Shown piece after piece: positions 15,301-30,300 of a stretch of 64,000 bases of DNA. The stretch is from assembly GCA_976551045.1 (NCBI GenBank), contig CDPCPM010000033.1, positions 27,404,001-27,468,000 of the forward strand, written 5' to 3'. Position numbers and translations under genes: made by a program. The notes under the pieces are model-generated. The model saw only the letters and a program-made list of their open reading frames with translations, did not search any database and was not told where the DNA came from. The number at the start of each line of letters is the position of its first letter. Position 1 is the first letter of the stretch. The stretch is from Glaucostegus cemiculus. Lineage: Eukaryota.

Positions 15301-18300
15301 ATTTATACAATATAAAATACAATTTAATATTGTATTTCCCCTTTCTTTGTCAATATCTTGGTCATCCTTTGCTGAATTTCAAAACACTGCCAATCACCAG
15401 GCTTACTAGTTTTTCTAGCATTAAATCTAAGGAAAAGGCTTAGAAAATTGCTATCTTTAATTTCTCCCGTAACCCACAGTTGGTCCACTTTTCCTATTTT
15501 TTTTGCACCTTAATAGGAATGTGTATTTGTTGCAAATCATGTTAATTTTCAGTGATTTATATGCAAAGACATCCAGGTGCCTATGAACACCGACCTAAAA
15601 TTTCCCACTATTTAAAAATATTTTCCTTTTTTTTTAACTTTTTCTACCAAAATGGGTGACTTCACATCTTTACCATGTTCTTGATCGTTTACTTAGCTTA
15701 TCTATATACCCTTGCCATCCTCTCTGCATCCTCCTCAGAACTTGTACAACCACCCAGCCTCATATCATCAGCAAATCCCCTCATGTGATCCCCTCATCCA
15801 AATCATTGATTATAGGTTGTGGACAACTGTGACCCCAGCACCAATACCTGCAGCCTGATGCTAGTTACAGCCTACAACAGACAAAATGATCCATTTATTG
15901 CTACTCTTTTTCTGTTCCTTAACCAACCATCAATCCAGGCAAGTTCTGTGGAATTGCATTAAAGACATAGATAGAGTAGACAGTCAAAATATTTTTCCCA
16001 TGGGAGGGGTGTCAAAAACTAGACAGTAGAGGTTTAAAGTCAAGGGGAGGAGTTTTAAAAGGGATCTGAGGGGAAAGATTTTTCCACACACAGTGTGGCT
16101 ATAACCAGAACACACTGTAAGAGGAGGTGGTGGAGGCAGATGCAGTTACTACATTTGAGAGGCATTTAGATAGGTCCTTGAATAGGCAAGACAGAGAAGG
16201 ATATGGAATTAATGCAGGCAAATAGGATTAATGTAGGTGGGTGGGCAAACAGTCAGCATAGACATGGTGGGCCAAAGGGACTGTTTTGGAGCTATACGAC
16301 TCCATAACTCTATGACTCTATGACCTACCGAAACTCCAAATACTCGAGGTATGTATTCTGCTAGTTACAACCTGAAAAAAACTGAACATTTGTGGGAAAC
16401 ATGAATTTTCTTTCTTATGGATCTGCCCAATCCTATTACAGGGGTTGCCTAGGTTATGGAAAACCTGACTTAAGGAAATCCAACATTACACAATTATCCC
16501 ACAAAATTTTTTAAAGAATTTTTCAAGGCAGTAATAATAATACAATGTTTTGTGGTATTAATACAACAGCATATAGTATACAGTATGTTCCATTAATTTA
16601 ATTATGGGTGGTGTTCGGGTGAACATAGAAGATACTCAATGAAATGAAGTTATAGGAATTTATTGGGGTGGCACGATAGCGTAGCGGTTAGCGCGACGCT
16701 GTTGCAGCACCAGCGATCGGGGTTCGATTCCTGTCGCTGACTGTAAGGAGTTTGTACGTTCTCCTGTGTCTGTGTGGGTTTCCTCCGGGTGCTCCGGTTT
16801 CCTCCCACATTCTAAAGACGCATGGGTAGGTTAATTTGGGGGTTTAAAATGGGCGGCGTGGACTCGTTGGGTCGAAAGGGCCTGTTACCACGCTGTAAAT
16901 AAAATATAAAAAAATATATAATATATGTAGCGATTTGATTTAGGTGACCATAGAAACCAAATGTTTCTGATTTATGGAAATTTAGTTTATGGACAGTTCA
17001 CAGGAATGGAACAATTTACATAGCCTGGGGAGTTGGTGGAGGCATTATTTTCCAAGTGCTGCATTACCTTAGTAATAGATTCTGGTCTAAAAGCGTGACT
17101 TTAGATCCAGATTAAAACTTGACAGCAGAACAGACGAGTGCACTTTTGAAAACACTTTGATCCTGATACTCTACTGATGTATTCTTAGGTTAATCAACTA
17201 TTTTGAGCAATTGAAGCAACCTTGGGAGAGGGAAGCAGTCTGACCGCAATTTTAGTTGGGCTCCCATATGGGAACATAACAATGACTTTGCTATCAGGTC
17301 AGGCACTTTAGAGGCCCAGAAAGGTAAGTGAGGCTAATTTTAGATTTTCTTAAGGCCCAAAGGATCATAATAGGAATAGAGGTTTACTTTGTTTAGCCAA
17401 GAGGAAAGCTTAGTAAGACTAGTCCTCAGAAAATAATTATGGCTGCCATAAAAACACAGTTTCATCAAAGTTTTTGAAAACTGAGCTCATGCATCATAAA
17501 TACCTGAAACTTGTATCTTTGACAGGTATCTTGTTACACCTTTGCCATTTATCAGTGTTGGGATCATATCTTTCAACAAAATATCCAGTGATTGGGCTGC
17601 CACCATCTTCTTCTGGTTCATACCATGTCAGTGTCAATGAATCTTTAGCAATATCTGACCCTTTAAGATTTGTTGGAGGACCAGGTGGATCTAATGTACA
17701 ATCATATATTGATGGATTTTAAAAAATGTAATCGTGTATAACATATAAATAATGCAACAAATGTTTCAATTCTAATTTACATAATCATACTACATTTTTC
17801 CTTACCGAAAGCATACTTCGCTATAATTGAAGGATGCTGGGATGGCTCTCCAATACCATACATGTTTTCAGCAAAAACTCTGAATGTATATTCTTTCAAT
17901 GATTTAAGATTTGTTGCCTTGAATTTGGTTTCTTTGATTGTGGATGAAAGTTTGTTCCACATTTCACTGGTTCCAACCGCATATTCCACAATATAATTAG
18001 TAATGCGCGAACCACCATCATCTCTGGGTGGATTCCATGTCAGATTACAGGATTCGTTTGTAATATCAGTGATATCAAATGCAGCTGGTGGCCCAGGTTT
18101 GTCTGTAAAACAAAAATTGTCAATACTCGTTTAGATTTTTTCCATACCAAGATTATAGATAACGTTGCAAATAACATCTTAACAGTTGGATTACCTAGAA
18201 TATTCACTTCAACAACAGCAGTAGCACGACCACTAACATTTACTGCTTCAATAATATAGGTGCCACTGTCACTCCTTGTGGTATCTGAGATTGTCACAAT

Positions 18301-21300
18301 GGAATGTCCAGGTTTGGTGTCAATATTTATTCTGTTGTCAGGCTTCAGAAGGTGTTCCGCCTTTGTCCAAGTAACTCTAGGATCAGGTTTGCCAGAGACA
18401 ACAGCTGGGAGCTCAATCTTTGTGCCAGCCTTCACGGTAATGCCGGCAAGCAACTTAACATCAAGATGAATCTCTGGAGCCTCTGTTGTAAACAAAGAAA
18501 ACATGAATAATTTGTTAAGAATTTTAAGAAAGAAAATTGTAGGTTAAATTCAGTATTGCCATCGCTAATTGTGGAGATTCACTTGAAAAAAATCATCAAC
18601 TGGATAATTCCGTGTAGGATTCATTGTCTTAATGAGCATCCAATCATTAATATGAATTAATTGGGAATTAGAAGCATCAATAAAGCTCTGTGCTAATTAC
18701 ACAGCCCACAAGTTTGTTGCATAGATCATCAATTTATCAGTAATAGTCAGACATAACATCATTAATTATAGTGAAACTTGAGCAATATGGTTAACTATTA
18801 TTTCTTTTGTAATAATTCTTTGAGGATAAATGAAATTGTAATTGTGACTTCATTTATTGCAATGTGAACATTTGTGAGATAAATCTATCTATATTTAGTA
18901 AATAATTAGGATGTATTATTAGGGAATGCCTTTATTAAAATGATGATTTGGAGAAGTACTTTTATATTAGTTAGTAACAATGTACCTTTTGGATCGACAG
19001 CTTGTATATCGTCTGTAGGTTTACTAGGTCTGCTGGCACCTTGTCTATTCAAAGCTTTAACCCGGTATGAGTACCATTCATTTTCTGTGAGGTTTGTCAC
19101 TTCCATCCTATTTAACATAATTATCGTATTAGTGTTATTTTGTACTAACCAAAACAAAGCAAACATTAGAAAATTAGACATATAGCATTACTTCAATTCG
19201 TGAACTGGTTCTCCACATGGATCCCACTTTTCAGTACCACGTTTACACTTCTCTACTAAATAGCCTTTAATTCTTGAACCTCCATCATATTTTGGTGGTT
19301 CCCAGGCAAGGAAGATTCCACTGGCAGTTGAATCCCTCCATCTGACACTTTCTGGTGGATCTGGAACAGCTGAAAAATAGATGGAAGTAAATTAAAAACT
19401 TCTGTTCAAAAGTTTCACAAGGACAATTATATAATGAAAATTAATTTTCATCATCAGATCTACATCAGTTTAAAACTGGGTACTATTGCAGCTGATATGT
19501 TCAAAAGCAGAATATATGCAATTTTCCAAATAACTTGCTGAAATTTGCAGAGATAAGAATGCTTGGGGAGCAAGTCACAGCATAGGAAATAAATAAACAG
19601 GACTACTTCTGTTGTGTCAGAATTCTGGTGGGCGGTGACATCAACTTGCTCCACCACTCTCATACCCCAAACCAATTTCCCAATTCAGAGTATAGTAGAG
19701 AAACCATGGCAGAATTTCCGTTGATATTAAAGGAGCAAAAATATTTCAAAGGTTAGAATTCTGGAATCTTGGTAGACCTTGGCAGGTAACAATACGGGAA
19801 TTTGCTGTGCAAATATATTGAATATTCAAAATTTGAAGAATATACTAATGAAACAGCAAGCATACATTACAGGAGTGATTTAAGAAACATTTTCAGCTTA
19901 GATTTTTCATTATCCTTTGATCTTATCTACAAAATGCTTGCTAAATCAGTCTTGAAAAGACTTTAGAATCTTATTTTGTTTCCTTGGATGCTCTTGACAT
20001 GCAAATTGTAGAACATTATGAAATATATTTAAAAGGTGGACCTATGCAATGATACATTTAACAAAAGTCAGAGTAGATCTATTTGACTGTGCTTAAAAAC
20101 TAACATTTTACAATTTAATATATATGATTGAAAAGCTAAATACTTACTTGCTGGAGCAGATACATTAACAGGTTCATCAATATATGCAGGTTCACTTGGG
20201 CCACATTTGTTACAGGCAGAAACTCTAAACAGGTAGTCTCGGCCTTGGAAGAGGTCAGTGATAGTAAATTCCAAGTCCTGCACTCTCTCAATAACCTGGA
20301 AATGACAGAACGCCACAATGATAAAACTGGAATCACTCACAAATAGAGTGTGGCTTCTCCTTTAAAACACAGACAAATCCCAGTACAGCAGAGGCCACTG
20401 GTGAATAATTGTCACAAAATCTCCATGCTAAATATCCACTGAGAAGCAAGAAAAGATTTTGGTTTGCTGCCTGATCCTATCAAACCTTTTAATTTGAGGG
20501 GGGAGCTCCATACTAGCTTTTCAGGCAACTTTCACTCACATAGAAAAGAAAGTGAGCTCGAAAAAATCCTTCCCATCTCTATGCTGATCTAGTCCCACAT
20601 ATGGCATTAGATGTGCCTGAAGAACCCCTGAAATACCAAGACAAGTTTAACAGACCTAACAGAGTTGTTGTATTTTTTTCTCAGTAGTGCTGTGAGTGTT
20701 CCCCAACTGTTTTGAAGAGGATTTGATATAAAAAAAAGCAGCATATGTTTTTATAAATAAAACTGAAGATTCTGCATAAGAAAATCTGACAAAATATTTA
20801 TGCCTACCATTCAGAATGGTAATGACATAAGATTGACTTCAGTATTTAGTTGCATCTAGCCAACTTAATAACAATATCTGATGAAAAGTTATGGACCTGA
20901 AATGTTAACTTTCTCTATCCACAGATGCTGCCTGACACATTAAATATCTCCAGCATTTTCTCTTTTGTTTCGATTTCTGGCATCTGAATTTTGTTGCTTT
21001 ACAAATGATGGAGCTAGATTGACATCAGAATATTTCTATTTCTATTTGTTTCCTTCAGTATTATAGTCTGCATGGATAATTTACAAAAAAAATCACTTGC
21101 TTAGGAACACAGTAATTTCTTTTGTTGCTAGTCTAAATGGGTAACTTCAATGATCACTGGTGACAACCTTGAGTCACCAGTTTGAAAATAACAGAAATAA
21201 ATTTAAGATCAATATGATTTATCACTTACTTTGACCCAAGTTTTGCGGTTAACTTCACGCTTTTCAATGAGATATCCAGTCAATGGACTTCCACCGTCAT

Positions 21301-24300
21301 TATCAGGCTGATCCCAAATCAAATGCACTGTATTTCTACTAATTTCTGATATTTTGAGGTCTTTTGGTGCACTTGGCCTTGCTGAGAAGTTAAAACAACA
21401 AAGGATTTTTAAAAAATTAATAATTTTCCATGCTACTGATTTCTTCCACCTCCCAGATATTCATTAAGGTCATGCAAAGTCATGGTGCCTTGTCTGATCA
21501 GGAGCTAAGTGTCAAGATGTTTATGACATCATGATCACAAACTGCTACATCTTCAATACTGCTCATCTTCATGCCAACCTTGCTCCTGGTGAAATTTTTT
21601 TGACAGTTCAACATTCCCTCTCACTCCATTATTTTGCTTTTGTCAATTTGTCAATCAGTACCCTGTATAAAGTCTGATTGTCAAATAGTCCACCAGTCAA
21701 TTCATCTATAGCCTTGTTGAGCTACATTGATTGCAAAACACATTGAATTATAAATAATGATTACTTTTTTAAAATTTCTCCATAGATTTGCACATGCAAC
21801 TATTATCAGGCTTACAACACACCTCTCATCATTCTGACTTCTTATTCTTGACTTCTGGATCTTCCTTTCCCTTTGATCCACCATTGCTACTAAATTCAGA
21901 TGGTTTGAGCCCTCTTTTGAATGTTTACTTTCAATTTCTTTGACATTCTGCTTTATTCTCTATCTTTAAAAACCTTTCCAAAACCCATTCCTTCAATTAA
22001 GTTTTTAGTTATTTCTAACTTTCATATTGAAAGCTCTGCACTTGCCTCTGTAATGTACTCACTTTGCTCTACTCTTTAGAGAGCGTCTTGGCAGTTTCCA
22101 CTATTATATATGTAGCATTAATATGTTATCTTGAAACAAAATAAAATGCTGTCTGTTGAATATATCCAGATTCTTACCAATTACATTCACGTCAATTTCG
22201 CCTGTGACAGTTGACACTGCATTTTCTAGTGTCAGTTTATAGAGTCCCTTATCTGGACGCTCACTGGGAGAAATAACCAATTGTGTGTATTTTGCAGTTG
22301 TTTCCATTTTCACTCGGTCATTGCTTTCGATAGGTTTTTCATCAACAGCCCATTTTGCCATAGGTATAGGGTAGCCACCAATAGGAACACGAATTTTGAG
22401 TGGTTCTGGAACAATAACCTCAAGACCATCTTTGAACTCTCTCAGATCAAGTGAAGGAGCCACTAGAAGAGAATGCATAATTAGTTTTTAAATTATATAC
22501 TAATTGTTGAAAAGAAAAAAAACCTCACTTTTACTGTCTTTAATATACTTTTGTTCACAAAGGTATATGCTTTACCGTGGGGGTCATCAGCCATTAGTGG
22601 GCCAAGAGCATCAGCTGGATCTGATAAGCCTGCTGCATTTTCAGCAGATACCCTGTAATAATACTTCTTTCCTTGTTCCAAACCAGATACCTGTAAGAAC
22701 AAAAACAAAAGCGCATAAGCATATTTTTAAAAAAAGGAGTCAGTAGCAAATATATCTCAAATATGGACTTAAAGTAATACCTATTCATCAGTGAGATTTT
22801 AAAATCTATACTTTACTGAAATTACTGCAGCATTTCCTGAATCCCATTCTTTCCCTAAAAGTTATCAATATTCAGAGATTTGTTTCTCCATAGTTTTCTT
22901 CATAGCTCCCTAAATTACATCCTAGACAAATTTCAAAATATTGTGATCTGCAGCCCATCTTTGCCAAAGTTCTTCAAAAATATCATCCCATTGAACTCCA
23001 GTTCCTAAGCAAAATGATTTCAAAACCTTAACTTCATTGACTATTGCTTCTCACTCCTCTTGCATCTGGGAAACTCTGGACTTTATCAGGTCTGGGGTAC
23101 ACATGATTCCAGTTCTCAACATTCAACATTGGTCATCAGCTCATAACTTGTTTGTGACTAGATGAGGGACTGCATGTGAATTGCTCCCTTAGTATTAACA
23201 TCAGGAGAGCAGCTGCTTCCAGATCTTTATAAATCAGCACTAATGGTTTTAACAAATAAACAAATTAAAGATAGCAACCTTGAATTTTGTTTCAGGAACA
23301 AGTCTTATGTTGCAGGGAATCCATTTATCTGTGCCTTCTTCACATAGCTCAATAATGTAGCCCAGAATTGGGCTTCCTCCATCCTTAAGAGGCGGTTCCC
23401 AATTCAGTTGCACGGACTCTTTTGTCTGGTTTGAAGCAGCTAATTCAATGGGTGGACTTGGCTTAACTAAAAAATGAGAAATCAAAATCAATTAGTGGAA
23501 GATCAAAATTAAAAATGCAAAGCACTAAACATTTTTTTAATCAGATACTAACATATTGGGTCCATAATTTTCACAGGATGAGAAGCTGCACTAGGCTTTC
23601 CTACACCAGCTTTGTTTTCTGCCCTAACACGGAATATATATTCTCTGTTTTCCACCACATCATTCATCTGAGCAGAGAGTTCATCTGCTTCAGTGGTCAT
23701 AGCTGGTTCCCATTTAACCGAGGTTCTGTCACGCAGCTCAACAACGTAGTTAGTGATTTCTGCTCCGCCATCGTATGCTGGTGGTTCCCATGTAATGGTG
23801 GCACCAAATTTGTTCACATCTTTGACTTGGACATTGAGTGGTGCATCAGGTACATCTGATAGAAAAGATAATACAAATATTATTTTATAATTTCAATACA
23901 TAGAAATCATTTGGGCAATATTTAAAGCTAGTAATTGAACTGTCTCTGATACTTACTAAACTTATTCTTAGCTTGAACAGGTTCATCAGTTTCCACAGGT
24001 TCACCTGTACCTACTCTGTTTCTTGCACTGACACGGAATAGATAATCCACTCCTTTTTGGAGACCAGTTACTGTAAATTCAGTATTGTCAGCTCTATCAG
24101 TAGCTAAGGTCCAAGTTTTGCGCTTCACATCGCGCCGTTCTACAACATATCCAAGAATTTTGCTACCTCCATCACTTTCAGGCTCATCCCAAGCAAGACT
24201 AACTTCACCATCAGAAGTTTCTAAAACTTTCAAGTTCTGTATTGGGCCAGGCACATCTGTAAATTGAGAGAAAAAGAAAATATTATTTCCAAAACAGCTT

Positions 24301-27300
24301 TTAGACCCAACTATCGAATAGAAGTATAACAAAGAATACTTACCAATAACATCCAAATTTATATATCCTTCACCCTTTCCATGTTTATTCTGAATCACAA
24401 TCTTGTACCTTCCCTTGTCAGTTCTCCTTGGGTCAAAAAGCCGATAAGAAGTGATTTCTGCAGTTGTGTCAATGTTTTGTTTGGGCAGACTGACATATTC
24501 AGATGTAGTAGAGTCCTCCTTGAACCACTGAGCTTCAGCACGTGGATAAGCATCATATGGAAGTGTCATGGTGAATGGCTTTCCAGCATCAGTTACAAGA
24601 TTCAAATCAGTCATCTTGATTCTTGGTATTGCTATAAAGCAAAAATTCATAAGTCAGGAAGATATAAATTCTACAGAACCAATTCACTGTAGCCAGCAAA
24701 AGAAAAGATAATAGTGTTCATTAATATTCCTAAGATTTGACAGAACTCACCTGCAAGTTCCAGTTTAGCTCTTGCATCTTTATCCTTGGCAATAAACCTA
24801 TATTCCCCCTGGTCACGTGGTCTTATGCTGCAAACCTGCAATCGGTGAACCTTTCCTTCACTCATCATTTGATGTTTATCACCCTGAACAATTATCATAT
24901 TATTTCTTAGCCACTTGACTTCAACCTTATCTTTGTTCAGTTCAGCTTCAAAAATAACATCTGATTCTGGAGCTTCAAAAATATCTTGTGGAGGTCTGAT
25001 GATTTCAACTGGGATTTCTGAAAGGAAAAAAGTAATAATTAAAACTGAATTTTCTCAGTTTTCTCAGTTGTTATAATAACTTGTTTTTCCCTCAATCATA
25101 CTTGCCTTCAACAAATAATCTAGCCCTTGAACGTCTATCTTCTACACCACAGGAGTATTCACATTCATCGTCTGGTCTACATTCCTTTACAATAAGTCGA
25201 TGCAAACTACCATCTTTTTCAAATTGATACCTAGAAAAAGTCACAAAAACACATATGATACCATCTATAATCTTATGAAACAGTAATAAGTAAACACTTT
25301 TTCAAACAAATGGATTAAAGCATACTTTGCATTTTCTCTGAGTTCTCTGCCATTCCGATACCATTTCACAGTTGCTTTCTCTTTAGACAATTGACATGAA
25401 AAGATTGCATCTTCAAACTCAATGACAGTTTGATCTTGAATATGTTCTGTGAAATCTGTTGGTGCCTCTGTGATAATAAGTTCAGCAACTGATTTGTCTT
25501 GTCCAGCAATTACAGTATATTCTCCCTCATCTTTGAATACACACCCTCTTATTATAAGAGAGTGCTTTTTCTTGTCAATTTTATACAGAATTCGTTTGTC
25601 AAATGTTATTTCCTCTCCATTTTTCATCCATTGTAGAGTGACATTTTCACGGTTCACTTTGCAGCTGAAGGTAACAGATTTCTTTTCCATTGTTTCACAA
25701 TCATCAAGAGGTTCAATGATTTTCAGTTCTTCCTCTGCATAAATTAAAAGTGGTTATGTAAAATACAAGCCATTCTATTTGCATTATGCCATAATGTTTT
25801 GTGTGCTATAGTTACTTACCTTGCACTTGTAATGATGCTGAACATTGTGCATGTTCTCCTCTGTGATTTGTTAGTGCTATTGTGTACATTCCTTGATCCT
25901 CCATTTGTGAATCCCTGATTCTAAGGGTAAAGACTAAATCTTTCTGGATCATGACATATTTGGGACTATCAAAAATAGTTTCATCACTTTTTAGCCATTT
26001 AGGTCTGGCACCTTCAGTGTTAACTTCACAATTGAACACAATCTCTTGTCCTTCTCGAGCTATCTGGTCCTTGATGGGAGTTATTATCCTAAGGTTTTCT
26101 GAAAAAAGAAACAAAGATTTACTGAAAACAAGTAAAATCATTTAGATCAAGGTTTAAATTCTTTTAGCACATTGAAATCAACTTGAAGCTAGCATTAGTA
26201 TTTGGGTTGGAATCTGCCAATATTTAAATGATGTAACCTGCCTCAAGTATTTATGTAGACTGCATCGAATTTAACATGTGGAGCCTAAAAAACACTTTCT
26301 ACTCCAAATAAAATAAAAGCACTCTACTAGCATTCCATGTTCCATTTGAAACAAAATTCCCAAATGCAACTGCCAGAAAATGGTAGAAAAGGAATTTTTA
26401 AAAAATTAAAAGTCATTAAGATCACTACCGATTGTTCAACAGGTATTAAATGTCATCAGGATCCTGTGGTGGAAACAATCACAATCAAAAATATTTATAT
26501 TAGCACACAAATTTATATAACTGTGACTGTGGGTGATGAAATTAATCAAAACAGTGTCCTGGCCTGAGAAAAATGGTGCAAGAGATTACATTTGCTGATT
26601 CCATCTGCATCTGTCCAAGTATCCACCGATGGAGGGAGTTAAAATATCTTCCCCTATATATTTGACTTTCGTGACATAACTAAGTGTTGCTATGAAAATG
26701 CAATTCTCTCATTACCTGAAAATTGCTAAAATATAGTTTACATGACTTACCAATAACTGTAAGTTCTGCTGTTGCTCTTGAGGTACCAATCATAACAGCG
26801 TAAGTTCCTTCATCTTTTGGGATGGAGTCTTTGACAATGAGCACTCGTTTTTTGCCATCAGATATAATTTCATATTTATCATTAGATGTAAGTTCTTCAT
26901 CTCCTTTATACCATTTCACTTCGTAAGTGTCTTTTGATAATGAGCAGACAAACTCTGCCTTGCTTCCTTGTAAAACCTCCAGATTTCGTGGTTTAGAAAC
27001 AAATTCTGCTGCCAGTTCTATAATAAGAAATAACAAGACATATGATAGAGGGTAATATTAAAAAGCAACGTATCAGAAAAGTAAACTCATATCAGAACAG
27101 TACATACCATTAACTCTCAGTTGACAAGAAGTCCGAGCACCATTTTGGAGCCTACAATTATATTCACCAGCGTCACCTGGATTAGTGTTCTGAATTACTA
27201 AAATTCGCTTTCTGCCTTCTATACGTTGTTCATATCTGCCAACTTCAGGTAACTCCACATCTCCCTTGTACCAAGTTACATCAGCATTTGGTTTGGAAAC

Positions 27301-30300
27301 TTCACAAACCAGTTTGATTGTCTCCGTTTCAGTAACTTCAGCATTTGCGAGGTTCTTTGTAAAGGTAGCTTCCTCTTCTGCAAAATATGGCAAGTGGAAA
27401 TGCATCAGTAAAATGTAAAGCTGGTTTCTAAAAGTTAAGAAAATGCACTCGATTTAATTGATTACCTAAAACTGTAAGCAATCCAGAAGTTTTAGCAGTC
27501 TTTGCATCGCATTCATATTCCGCTTCATCGTCAAAGCTGCTTTTGTGGACAATTAGCATCCTCTCCACACCTTTAGCAACAATGTCATACTTCTTGCCTT
27601 TTCTTACTTCAACACCATCCTTAAACCAACACACCTGAAATTTTAAGAAATCCATAGTGAGGTGTTCAGAATAATTTCATAAATAATTTCAGAATACAGC
27701 ACAACATGTTTATAAAATCCAAGGCACTATTCTCAAAATGCACAAAAATAGATTCCTTTTTAGAGTTGTAGTAAATCTATTATTGAGGAATTTTACTATA
27801 ATAATTTGGTGCCTAGCACCCTGGTAACACCCAAAAGACATATATTCAAAAAGATTAAAAATGCCTATGTCCTTAGCATTTCTTTAAAAAAGAAATTATC
27901 ATGTTAATAATTGGATGAGTACACATAACATCTACAGAGACAAATTTGACCAGGGGCTCAGAACTTAACAATATCACAGACAGAAATGTATGCAGTAGGT
28001 AGTGTTACTGTTACAAAACATATTCAACTATAATTATCAAAAGAATATGAATTTAAGCCACAAAATAGTGTTAGAATGGAAGTTTCAGAATCGAAGAGGT
28101 TGGCCAAGTCTGTGTTTCAAGCTTCAAGTTTTTAAACTATTAACAAGATAAGAGATCTTTACATAATGCCTCAGCACCAGGACAAAAAAATAGTACTCTT
28201 ATTCACAAGACATGGTAAGCATACAAACATATATGTTTCTTTTCTTGCCTTAAAGTAATGAAAGTGCATGACACAGTGAAAGCATAATAAACTCAGGATT
28301 ACCCAAATGAACGAGAATTGATCAGAAGAATTTGTTTGGATATTTTTGAGAAAGTCAGTACAGGCAGTCCCTGGGTTAGGTAAGGATTCCATTCCTGAGA
28401 ACTGTCTATATGCTGACTTTTCTGTAAGTCAGGAACATCCATTTTCTATAGCTACCCATTTCATTAAATAATCATCCTAACACTTCCAATATTTAAACCG
28501 ATGGAATATATACTGTAGTTAGTTATTAATGAATACCATTAAACATTTTATTATTAATACTACCAGTTTGAAAGAGAATTTGTTTAAAGTAGTATTCTAA
28601 GTCAGGTCATTTGCAACCCAGGGAGCCCCAATATAAAAGAAAATAAGGTTTTTGTGGGGCAGGAATTTACAAAAGGAGTTGGAGAGCAAAGTCATCAACT
28701 CTACGAGCCAACCGGTAGGGAAGCAAAAAACAGTTAGGTAATCCAAGGAATATCTATCACATGTGTCAGGCATACTGAAGTGTAGAGAAGGCAAAGTTTC
28801 TGAGATTACTAAAACAATATTAAAAGGAAGCTGTGAGATATCCAAGTAATGGTCAAAATTACTAAAGTAAAGTGAAGGAGCCAGTAAAGAACAGTTGGTG
28901 GAACTAAGGAACAATGACAGCTTCTGCTTAGTACTATTCAGTTTAAGACAAATCAAAGGACTAATAAGCCCAGCTAGCTGTCTATCTGATCTGGTGCAGT
29001 TAATGGTATTGCTGTTTCAGATCATATTCTCATTTTACATTTCATGTGTTATAGATGATTTAGGAATAAAGCATTCAGTGGAACTTTCTCACAATATTGT
29101 TTCCTGTCGAGTCTCTGGAAAGTGCCAGTAAACAAAATTGAATCACTTTTTTTTCCTTTAGCATTACCTGGTGATTGTGGAGTCATAGATTATTAGTTTC
29201 CTCAGCATCAGAGGCAACCCAATTTGCCAGGTTTGTTCTTAAGGATTCAGTCATTTCATTCAGTAATTACATCAGTGAACCACTCTACTATCATCACACT
29301 GATACATTAATTTGAGTACATTTCTGTAATTAACTCTGCCAATTGGTGTTATAACATCAATGATTCATTAGTCAATGGGTTGTAATCAGTAGATTTCCTT
29401 GCTTTATCTAACTTCCATTACTGACCAAACTCTTGTAGGACTCAGAAGTAATACAATTTCTTGAAAAACACTATAATGCTGGAGGAACTCAGCAGGCCAG
29501 GTAGCATCTGTGGAGAAAAGCAGGCGGTCAGTGTTTTGGGTCAGGACTCTTCTTCAAGACCCTTCTCCTGAAGAAGGGCCCTGACTCGAAGTGTTGACTG
29601 CCTGCTTTTCTCCACAGATGCTGCCTGGCCTGCTGAGTTCCTCCAGCATCATAGTGTTTTTCATCTAGATTCCAGCATCTGCAGTCCTTTATTTCTCTAA
29701 TACAATTTCTTGTTGAAGAATTTTCTCATACCAGAATTACATTACACTTTGAGCAGTCTAACCAACAAGTTGACCTCAAAAAATGTGAATTTTTTAATTC
29801 AAAGCTACAATGGTCTCATCCATTTATTCTAAGTATTTATTACATAAATAGAAGACCAAGCTAATCCCCACAAACCTAAAGGAAAGAAACTTAATACTTC
29901 TCCCCAATTTGGCCTACTACATTCTCAGATAATGCTGAGTAAATACTGAAGTTGATATTGAATCTTAGTAGATACGAAGTTGCCCAGAAAACTCTCCATT
30001 TGCAAAACAATCATTGCAAAACAAAATACAAGAAAATTAGGACAAAACTATCATTGTAACTGATTCATCAGGTCAGAGTTAGACTCAGGCAAACTGACCA
30101 ATGAACAGTAAAAAAAAATCCTCCTCTCTATCATCCGGACACTAGTGCAAATAAAATGGTACTATGGAAACGGAACAAATCTCAGACTTAGGAAAGGTCA
30201 GATCACTCTCTTGGAAAGTGTACAGGATAATTTATTCTCCATGAAAGCTTATTACCTTAAACTGTGGTAGGAATAAAAGTAACAACATACGAGTCTTATA

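Noticed and set aside
15260-15335. AT-rich short repeats (tttaatacaa)
   Set aside because: Low-complexity slippage within LINE debris
16665-16745. tRNA-like sequence with A and B boxes
   Set aside because: It is the head of a SINE (continues into V-core and tail), not a tRNA gene; same for 43795-43876
23928-24650. 240-aa ORF apparently joining an Ig and an FN3 domain
   Set aside because: Reads through an 87-bp stop-free intron (24257-24343) with a clear GTAAGT donor and AG acceptor; it is two exons
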